DNA from: an uncultured Alphaproteobacteria bacterium
GTDB taxonomy: Bacteria > Pseudomonadota > Alphaproteobacteria > HIMB59 > GCA-002718135
NCBI GenBank assembly: GCA_902514875.1
Contig: CABXSY010000003.1
Location: 31,139 to 95,138, forward strand
DNA length: 64,000 nt
Direction: 5' to 3'
In this document: piece by piece, positions 56,652 to 64,000 of the stretch
Layout: each line of letters starts with the position of its first letter
Position numbering within the stretch: the first letter of the stretch is position 1
Program-made: the position numbers and the translations under genes
The notes under the pieces: generated by a model
The model's input: the letters and a program-made list of their open reading frames with translations, nothing else
Databases searched by the model: none
Told to the model about the DNA's origin: nothing

Positions 56652-57965
56652 ATGTCTTCAAGATCATCGATCCAAAATATTTTTAAATTATCTATTCCTA
56701 TTTTCTTTGCTAACCTAGTCATTCCGTTTGTAGCTATTGTTGATACTGGATTAATGGGTAATCTAGATAATGCTAGTTACTTAGTTGCTACTAGTATTGC
56801 AGCAAGTGTTTTCTCCATTCTTTTTGGCAGTTTTGGTTTTTTGAGATCAGGAACAGTTGGCTTGGTAGCACAAGCAGATGGATCAAATGATTATCAAGAG
56901 GTTGTAAATATTTTTCTCAGAAACATTGCTTTTGTCATAATTATTTCTTTACTCTTAATACTTTTACAAAGTCATATCTTTCAGATTTCCTTATCAGTAT
57001 TTGAATTATCATCAGACACCAAAAGATATTTTAAAGATTATTTTAATCTTCGTATTTACTCAACCTTTGGTGAGCTTACTATTTTTGTTATTACTGGTTT
57101 ATTTATTGGTCTCCAAAAAACTAAAACATCAAGCATCATTGTTGGTTTTTATTCAATTGCAAATATAATTTTTAGTTTAGTTTTTGTTTTATATTTTAAT
57201 TTAAACGTTTTTGGTGTTGCTTTAGGAACACTTTTAGCCTCAACCCTTACGACGATTATTTTTTTATTTTATTCTTTTTTTGCGCTTAGTAAAATTACGA
57301 AATTAGAATTTAGTACAAACAAAATATTTGATCCAAAGAAAGTTAAAACTATTTTTAATATTAATCTTAATATATTTATTCGATCCCTTCTTCTTGCTTT
57401 TGCCTTCTTATATTTTACCTATCTTGGTAATTCCATTAGTGAAGAAACAGTAGCCGCCAATACAATTCTCCTAAATTTTATTATGTTATCTGCCTATGTG
57501 CTGGACGCGTACGCTTTTTCAACAGAAGGGATTGTTGGATACTCTATTGGATCAAAAAACCGACAGTTATTAAATGATGTGATAAAAAATTCCTTTATCT
57601 TAAGCACGGCAACAGGATTAATAATTTGTGTCATCTATTTCTTGAGCAAAAATTATTACATTATCACGATGACAGACTTACCAAATATACGAGAGATCAG
57701 CTTTACTTATTCTTACTGGATTATTATTATTCCTTTTGCGGCTTCTTTTTGTTTTCAATTTGATGGTATCTTTGTTGGAGCCTCGCAAACAACGGAACTG
57801 CGAAATGCCATGATTGTCTCTGTTGCCATTTATATAGTTGTTTCTTTCTTCTTAATTGCAAGTTTTGGAAATACAGGCTTATGGCTGTCACTTTGCATTT
57901 TCTTTATTGCAAGAGCCTTGACCCTTTTCTCTTATATGGGTAGGATTTATCAACGAATAAGCTAA
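56652..57965 (+). CDS. MATE family efflux transporter (DinF-like)
   Basis: About 12 transmembrane segments; VDTGLMG.L, GFLRSGT.G, DGIFVG. Confidence 0.9.
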   Translation: MSSRSSIQNIFKLSIPIFFANLVIPFVAIVDTGLMGNLDNASYLVATSIAASVFSILFGSFGFLRSGTVGLVAQADGSNDYQEVVNIFLRNIAFVIIISLLLILLQSHIFQISLSVFELSSDTKRYFKDYFNLRIYSTFGELTIFVITGLFIGLQKTKTSSIIVGFYSIANIIFSLVFVLYFNLNVFGVALGTLLASTLTTIIFLFYSFFALSKITKLEFSTNKIFDPKKVKTIFNINLNIFIRSLLLAFAFLYFTYLGNSISEETVAANTILLNFIMLSAYVLDAYAFSTEGIVGYSIGSKNRQLLNDVIKNSFILSTATGLIICVIYFLSKNYYIITMTDLPNIREISFTYSYWIIIIPFAASFCFQFDGIFVGASQTTELRNAMIVSVAIYIVVSFFLIASFGNTGLWLSLCIFFIARALTLFSYMGRIYQRIS

Positions 57966-58111
57966 GGTTAGAGCTACAAAATGCAATAATTTTTATTTTT
58001 CTTTAAATACTGTTAAATTTTAATTGTAAATATTTACTAAATTTGATCTACACTAAATTTTAATTAAGGTTGGTCAAAACCCTTGTAAAAAAAAGGCTTC
58101 GTAAAAATATT

Positions 58112-61100
58112 ATGAGAGTCTTTATTACTTTAATTATAACAACTTTTTATTCCTGCTTTGTATTGGCTGAGCTGCCAGGTGGTAACGCAACTATTGCAGG
58201 CGATATTACTATTACCTCCAATGATCAGTCGATGACCATACAGCAACAATCGGATCAAGCCATTATTGAATGGAATAGTTTTAATATCGGAGAAAATAAT
58301 ACCGTTACCTTTGATCAACCATCATCAAGTTCTAGTGCACTTAATAGAGTTGTCTCCGGCAATCCTACCACACTGGCAGGATCTTTGAATGCGAATGGTA
58401 AGGTATATGTTGTCAATGAAAACGGTGTCTACTTTACACCAACTTCAACAATCAATGCACATTCGTTTGCTGCCTCCACGCTTGCTCTCTCCAATGATAA
58501 TTTTCTCAATAATATTTTTTCTTTTACCTCATCTAATCAATCATCCCTTCAATCCATTATTAATAAAGGATCGATCACGACATTAGATGGAGGCTTCACT
58601 GCTCTACTTGGTGGTGCGATCGACAATGAGGGCACCATTAATGCGAACCTTGGAAAAGTGGGTCTTGGTGCAGGAAAAGAAATGACGTTAGACTTGAGCG
58701 GGGATAAATTTTTACAAGTAGCAGTGCCAATAGATGCGGCAACAACATTACTTGATCATGAAGGTGATACTCTTCATACTTTAATCAGTCATAGTGGCTC
58801 AACAAAGGGAAACACTATAGAGTTAGATGTTGGAACAGCTAAAAATATTTTATCTAATGCAATCAATATTCCTGGCTCGTTGATTGCGAATAAAGCTGAA
58901 CAACAAAAGGGGAAAATTATTTTATCAGGAAGTGGAACTATTAAAATCGATGGATTTCTTAAAGCACCATCAACAGGGGACATTAATATTACCAGTGATA
59001 CTCTTTCTCTTGGTGGAACAATAGATGTATCAGATGATTTACCGGGGAGCATTACAATTACGAGTAAAGGAGAACTTAGTGTTTCTGGATCTATTCTAGC
59101 TGACTCTCAAAACAATACTGGTGGTGCAATAGAACTTACATCACCGTCTATCATGCAAATGGATAAAAGTCTTATTTCCGCTAATGGCACAAATGGAGGA
59201 TCAATAGCATTATCAGGTAATACGATTATTTCCTCAGGTACACTGTTATCAAATGGGAGTACGGCTAAGGGTGGTCGCATTGATATAGAAGGAACAAATT
59301 TTATTCGACTTCTATCATCGGATATTACTGCCTCAGGCTCACAACAAGGAGGGCTTGTACGCATAGGAGGTGCCTTTCAAGGAGGATATGATCTCACTAG
59401 AACAAATGAGCAAGAAGAAACATTTGTAACAAGGTGGGGAAATGTACCAACAATGGAAAATGTTAACACACTTTTTATTAACGATGGATCAACCCTCAAT
59501 ATTGAATCAGATCATACACCTGGCACACTGATTTTGTGGAGTGATCAAGAGACAACCATGTTAGGGCATATTAATGCAATGGGACTTCAAGGAGGTTCAG
59601 TAGAAATTTCATCAAAAGATACTCTTCGTTATTTAGGCTTACAAAATATCAAGATGGTAGAGGGTGGTCATCTTCTTCTTGATCCAAAAAATATTATCAT
59701 CAGTGATACTGCTGGATCACAAAGTTGGTCTTTACAAGGTGTGATTGGTTTTGATTATACCGGCAGTAAGGACTTTGATTTTAATAATACTGTTGCTGCT
59801 GATTCTTTTCGGGCAGCAACTATGTCAAACGGCGCCAATCGAGGTTATGGAGCTGGTGTCTCTATAAGTGGTAATGGAAAAAATTTAGCTTTAGTAGCAA
59901 GAGAAGATGTTAATGATGCTCATTTTGACTCTGATCTTGGTAGAATCTTACTTTTTACTTTTGATGACACAAATTTTAGTAATGCAACATTAAGAGGACA
60001 ATTTGTTTATAATGCAAGTGGCAGCAATAATCTCGATACTGGAGGTGATAAAATACGTCATGTTGCCCTTGATCAAGATGGTGATCGATTAGTTTACACT
60101 GTTGATGGAATTTATAACTTGAATGGTTATATAAGCGGGACTATTAATGGTACGGCAGTTAGTACTCATCATAGAGCTTTTGCTCGAACTATAAAATTTG
60201 ATGATACAAATTTTACTAACCCTCAACGTGTTGGGGTAATTGGTGCTTTTACAGGTGCTGCAGGATATGGGAATAGTCCAACAGTATTATCAAATGATCT
60301 TGATCTGTACGCTAATTCTATTAATCAAAACTATCCTAAATATTCTCCAGATGTTGAACTTAATGCAGATGGTTCACGAATGGCATTAAGCTATATGGAT
60401 TACGATCAGGGTGGTGACGCAATACACTTAATTTCTTTTAGTGATACAAATTTCTCTTCACCATCTCTTACAGGAAGAATAGGTGGAGATTACACTGGAG
60501 TTAAAGATTTAGATTTGTCCTCTGATGCAGCAATTAGTCAAAATCGTATATTAAGCGGCCAGGTTGGTTTTGGATGGGATATAGAATTATCAAGTGATGC
60601 AACAAAATTGGTAGCACTTTATAATTCTAAAAATGAATCTTCTTCCAGTGGTAGACATAAAAGTATTCATCTTTTTACTTTCTCTGATGGAAATTTCTCC
60701 AATCCAACTTATGTAGGCGCAATTACATCTGATGATGATATTAGTACAAGTTATCAAACTGGTAGTAAAACAGATACTGGGTATACGTATAATAATAATA
60801 AAATATTAGAGGATTTTGATTGGGGGCAGTACGGTGAATATGGTTGTTACGCCTATTCATGTTCTCATGCTAGCATTGGAAAAATAACGAGTTCCGCCTA
60901 TGGATCATCTATTCATCAGATTAAAATAGCTTTAAGTGGTGATGGTACTCGTTTAGTTATTAGTGGTCGTGGATCTGATGATGATAGTGGACTGTATCTA
61001 ATAGGTTTTTCAGATTCTAATTTTGGCAACCCTGAAGTAAAACAAATAATAAATCCAGGTATTTTTAAAACATCAGATAGTTCTTATGGAGATCAATACG

Positions 61101-62206
61101 TAGGAGGATCTATGTCTTTGGATGATACTGGTAAACTGTTAGTTATAGGCACACCTGGAGATAATGGTTTTAATAATGATGCTGCTACTAATTCTGATAA
61201 TAATGATTATGGTGCTGCACTTTTACTGAAAGAAAATATTTTATCAGGGGGGTATTCGTATACAGACTCGTCAAGCGATGATGTGATTATTAATACAACA
61301 GAATTAAAAAATCTTCTTGATGCAAATGTGAATGTGACGTTGCAAGCAAATAGTGATATTACTGTTAACTCAGCCATTACAACAACTGGTACAGGAACAT
61401 TAAGTCTGCATGCTGGACGTGATGTTGATATTAATAAGTCGATTAGTACTTCTGGTAATTTAGCTATTATTGCGAGTGACACATCAAGTAATAACGTGGT
61501 GGGTGCGCAGCGTGATAGTGGGACCGGTGATATTTTAGCAGCCTATGAAAGTGATGGGACGACGGCGATTAGTTTAACGGCGAGCGATCTTGATATAACA
61601 TTAAATAATGGAAGCGGTGTTACAAATGCTAGTATGGGGAATATTGAACTTGCTACCATTACGGCTACAACAGGAACACTACAATCAGCAAACTTTAGTG
61701 CGTCAGGAGCTGGCGTTAGTGATAAAACCTATGATGGTAATACCTCGGCGACTGTTTCTACTACTGGTTCTGTTTCAGGATTAACGTTAGTTGGTAGTGA
61801 TCTATCATTGGTGAATACAGCAAGTTTTACATCGTCAACTGCTGGATCTGCAAAAGATGCAACAGTGGATTATGATCTTAGTGGCTATTTAAGTAGTGCT
61901 ATGGATGTAACAGATACAAGCAGCACTGCTATTACCGAGAGTGTCACAGCTGCAATCACTGAAGCTAGTTCTAGCAGTTCATCAAGTAGCAATTCAAATA
62001 ATTCTTCAGAAGAAAATAATATTGCTGCAGTGACTAGTAGGGATCAAAGAGATATTGTGGAAAACATGATTGGAGACATTAACAAAATTGTTCCTTTCGT
62101 ATCTGTAGACGCTATAGTTGGCTCCACTATGTCCCTTCAATTAGCAAGAGAAGCCAACATACAATCCGCTCCAAACGCTGAAGGTTTAGGTATTCAAAGT
62201 CTATAA
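58112..62206 (+). CDS. Filamentous-haemagglutinin N-terminal (TPS-type) domain exoprotein with beta-helix, propeller-like repeats and YDG domain
   Basis: Signal peptide; LPGG..G, IIEWNSFNIG, FDQP, LNRV, NENG; Gly-rich GG.I.I repeats; LLLDP; KTYDG; Ser-rich tail; ATG 58112 preferred over TTG 58070. Confidence 0.85.
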   Translation: MRVFITLIITTFYSCFVLAELPGGNATIAGDITITSNDQSMTIQQQSDQAIIEWNSFNIGENNTVTFDQPSSSSSALNRVVSGNPTTLAGSLNANGKVYVVNENGVYFTPTSTINAHSFAASTLALSNDNFLNNIFSFTSSNQSSLQSIINKGSITTLDGGFTALLGGAIDNEGTINANLGKVGLGAGKEMTLDLSGDKFLQVAVPIDAATTLLDHEGDTLHTLISHSGSTKGNTIELDVGTAKNILSNAINIPGSLIANKAEQQKGKIILSGSGTIKIDGFLKAPSTGDINITSDTLSLGGTIDVSDDLPGSITITSKGELSVSGSILADSQNNTGGAIELTSPSIMQMDKSLISANGTNGGSIALSGNTIISSGTLLSNGSTAKGGRIDIEGTNFIRLLSSDITASGSQQGGLVRIGGAFQGGYDLTRTNEQEETFVTRWGNVPTMENVNTLFINDGSTLNIESDHTPGTLILWSDQETTMLGHINAMGLQGGSVEISSKDTLRYLGLQNIKMVEGGHLLLDPKNIIISDTAGSQSWSLQGVIGFDYTGSKDFDFNNTVAADSFRAATMSNGANRGYGAGVSISGNGKNLALVAREDVNDAHFDSDLGRILLFTFDDTNFSNATLRGQFVYNASGSNNLDTGGDKIRHVALDQDGDRLVYTVDGIYNLNGYISGTINGTAVSTHHRAFARTIKFDDTNFTNPQRVGVIGAFTGAAGYGNSPTVLSNDLDLYANSINQNYPKYSPDVELNADGSRMALSYMDYDQGGDAIHLISFSDTNFSSPSLTGRIGGDYTGVKDLDLSSDAAISQNRILSGQVGFGWDIELSSDATKLVALYNSKNESSSSGRHKSIHLFTFSDGNFSNPTYVGAITSDDDISTSYQTGSKTDTGYTYNNNKILEDFDWGQYGEYGCYAYSCSHASIGKITSSAYGSSIHQIKIALSGDGTRLVISGRGSDDDSGLYLIGFSDSNFGNPEVKQIINPGIFKTSDSSYGDQYVGGSMSLDDTGKLLVIGTPGDNGFNNDAATNSDNNDYGAALLLKENILSGGYSYTDSSSDDVIINTTELKNLLDANVNVTLQANSDITVNSAITTTGTGTLSLHAGRDVDINKSISTSGNLAIIASDTSSNNVVGAQRDSGTGDILAAYESDGTTAISLTASDLDITLNNGSGVTNASMGNIELATITATTGTLQSANFSASGAGVSDKTYDGNTSATVSTTGSVSGLTLVGSDLSLVNTASFTSSTAGSAKDATVDYDLSGYLSSAMDVTDTSSTAITESVTAAITEASSSSSSSSNSNNSSEENNIAAVTSRDQRDIVENMIGDINKIVPFVSVDAIVGSTMSLQLAREANIQSAPNAEGLGIQSL
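59840..61230 (+). repeat. Intragenic ~80-aa protein repeats (F-[SD]-D-x-N-F-x-[NS]-[PA] core with LS.DG/FG-GAP-like elements)
   Basis: LFTFDDTNFSNA, IKFDDTNFTNP, LISFSDTNFSSP, LFTFSDGNFSNP, LIGFSDSNFGNP at about 59951, 60191, 60428, 60671 and 60998. Confidence 0.7.
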
Positions 62207-62212
62207 GCATTT

Positions 62213-64000
62213 ATGAAAAATGCTTTTATTTTTCTTCTCACTTTTCTCTTTTTAGAAACACAATTTGTTTACGCTGCCTCTCTTCCAAGTGGGGAAAATG
62301 TTATCTCTGGTGATATTTCGATCAGTTCATCACAAAACTCCATGACGATTACCCAGTCTTCTGAACAATCAATTATTGAATGGACGAGTTTTGATATTGG
62401 CGCGCAAAATAGTGTAACTTTTAATCAACCTTCTATTAATGCAAGCGCTCTAAATAGAGTTGTTTCAGGAAATCCAACAAAGCTTGCGGGGGCATTAAAT
62501 GCGAATGGTAAAGTTTTTGTTGTGAATGAAAACGGTGTCTACTTTACACCCACGTCAACGATCAATGCGCATTCCTTTGCTGCATCAACGCTGGCTCTCT
62601 CCAATGATGATTTTTTCAATAATAAATTTTTATTTAAAGCAGATAATGTAAATAATATTTTTTCTTCTATTATTCATAAAGGTTCTATTACTACTTTGGA
62701 TGGAGGTTTTACTGCTCTCTTAGGTGGTGCCATTGATAGTGAAGGTACTATTAATGCTAATCTTGGTAAAATTGGAATAGGGGCTGGAAAAGAAATTACG
62801 TTAGACTTGAGTGGTGATAAATTTTTACAAGTAAGCATTCCATTTAGTGAAGCGATAACGTTACTCGATCAAAATACAGAAGAATTGAATACCATTATCA
62901 ATCATGCAGGAACATCAATGGCAAATAGAATAGACATTGAAGTTGGTGCTGCCAAAAATGTTGTTCAGCGCGCTGTCAATATTCCAGGTAATCTTGTTGC
63001 AACAACTGCCTCACAAAAAAATGGCGTCATTACCCTTGGGGGTGCAGGTGATATTGTCGTTGCAGGAAATTTAACAGCCAAAGAAAATGGTAAAATTAAC
63101 GCAGAAGGTAATTTTTTATCTTTTGGTGGTAAAGTTGATGTGTCAGGTGCAAATGCAGGAACAATAAATTTTAATAGTACAGGTGAAATATCTTTAGGTG
63201 GAACTCTAAATGCTTCTTCCTCTACTAATGCTGGTGGTAAAATTGATATTCAATCTGATTATAAAATTATTCAAAGTCATGGCAGTGAAATTAATACATC
63301 AGGACATACTAAGGGTGGTAATATTCTAGTATCAGCACCAAACATTATGTCTTCAGGCTCCATGTCTTCAAAAGGCAGTCAACAAGGTGGTTTCATTGAT
63401 ATAGAGTCTGAAGGTTACATTCGTTTATTATCTACTGATATTAATGTAGCAGGTAATACTAATGGAGGGTTAGTTCGTATCGGGGGAGAATTTCAGGGTA
63501 ATAATAATTTAACCAGAACTACCCAGCAACAAGATGTTTTTATTGATAGGTGGGGTGAAAGAAGATCACTTGTTAACGCAAAAACTATTTTAATATCAGA
63601 TGGATCGAATATTGATATTTCCTCTTCTAATGGCAATGCAGGTACAGCAATCATTTGGAGTGACAGAGAAACGACTATGCTTGGTAATATTGATGCAACA
63701 GGCATAACAGGTGGTGCTGTTGAGATTTCCTCTAAAGACACATTACGACATGTTGGATTATCAAACGTCAATATATCAGAGGGTGGACAATTATTACTTG
63801 ATCCAAAAAATATTACTGTTGGAACGGGTGTAACGTCTCAAAACTGGGTTCATAAAGGCTTAATCGGAAAGGATTATGCCGTTGTATCATCAACCAATGT
63901 CGGGGAGCCTAAACTAACTAGAGGTGGAAATTTTGGATCTGATATAGCAATCAGTGATGATGCAACTTTAATGGCTGTGGGTGCTAGAGAAGGTGGAGCG
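62213..64000 (+). CDS. Second filamentous-haemagglutinin N-terminal domain exoprotein, 3'-truncated by window edge (absent from ORF track)
   Basis: ATG 62213 gives MKNAFIFLLTFLFLETQFVYAASLPSG...IIEWTSFDIG...LNRVVSGNPT...VVNENGVYFTPTST; same frame at window end (FGSDIAISDDATLMAVGAREGGA). Confidence 0.88.
   Translation, partial: MKNAFIFLLTFLFLETQFVYAASLPSGENVISGDISISSSQNSMTITQSSEQSIIEWTSFDIGAQNSVTFNQPSINASALNRVVSGNPTKLAGALNANGKVFVVNENGVYFTPTSTINAHSFAASTLALSNDDFFNNKFLFKADNVNNIFSSIIHKGSITTLDGGFTALLGGAIDSEGTINANLGKIGIGAGKEITLDLSGDKFLQVSIPFSEAITLLDQNTEELNTIINHAGTSMANRIDIEVGAAKNVVQRAVNIPGNLVATTASQKNGVITLGGAGDIVVAGNLTAKENGKINAEGNFLSFGGKVDVSGANAGTINFNSTGEISLGGTLNASSSTNAGGKIDIQSDYKIIQSHGSEINTSGHTKGGNILVSAPNIMSSGSMSSKGSQQGGFIDIESEGYIRLLSTDINVAGNTNGGLVRIGGEFQGNNNLTRTTQQQDVFIDRWGERRSLVNAKTILISDGSNIDISSSNGNAGTAIIWSDRETTMLGNIDATGITGGAVEISSKDTLRHVGLSNVNISEGGQLLLDPKNITVGTGVTSQNWVHKGLIGKDYAVVSSTNVGEPKLTRGGNFGSDIAISDDATLMAVGAREGGA

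Noticed and set aside
56053-64000. Prophage or integrative element at the right end
   Set aside because: No integrase, structural phage genes, tRNA or att-like direct repeats visible in the window

Overview
This is an AT-rich, densely packed chromosomal window. Gene content and style suggest a streamlined marine alphaproteobacterium (SAR11/Pelagibacterales-like or a related lineage; this is inference). In order, it holds: (1) a TIM-barrel plus Gfo/Idh/MocA sugar-oxidation pair; (2) two ammonium transporter (amt) paralogues without glnK, each preceded by a near-identical leader with two tandem glutamine-riboswitch (glnA-motif) aptamers, an anti-Shine-Dalgarno tract and a covarying hairpin; (3) YqgE, DsbD and a peroxiredoxin; (4) a ~24 kb carbohydrate island with a sugar/cyclitol ABC transporter divergent from an unusual operon (two MocD-like membrane di-iron enzymes, ferredoxin reductase, Rieske ferredoxin, two PanB-like proteins lacking the canonical Mg2+ ligands, and a sterol-desaturase-family enzyme), followed by non-phosphorylative sugar-acid enzymes; (5) housekeeping genes (rnhA, thrB, ispH, Fo atp operon, a short smc, mutY); (6) a consolidated purine cluster with a PurS-PurL fusion, a PAICS-type PurC and a CBS-less GuaB; (7) a miniature malonyl-CoA-decarboxylase-like protein, a MATE transporter and two tandem haemagglutinin-domain exoproteins, the second running off the end. 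The best candidate for an undescribed system is the MocD/MocF/MocE + PanB-like + sterol-desaturase operon, a putative methylated sugar/cyclitol demethylation and C1-capture pathway. Second is the duplicated tandem glutamine riboswitch predicted to act as an OFF switch on amt. No tRNA, rRNA, CRISPR array or transposase was seen. All family assignments come from motif recognition by eye; no searches were run.
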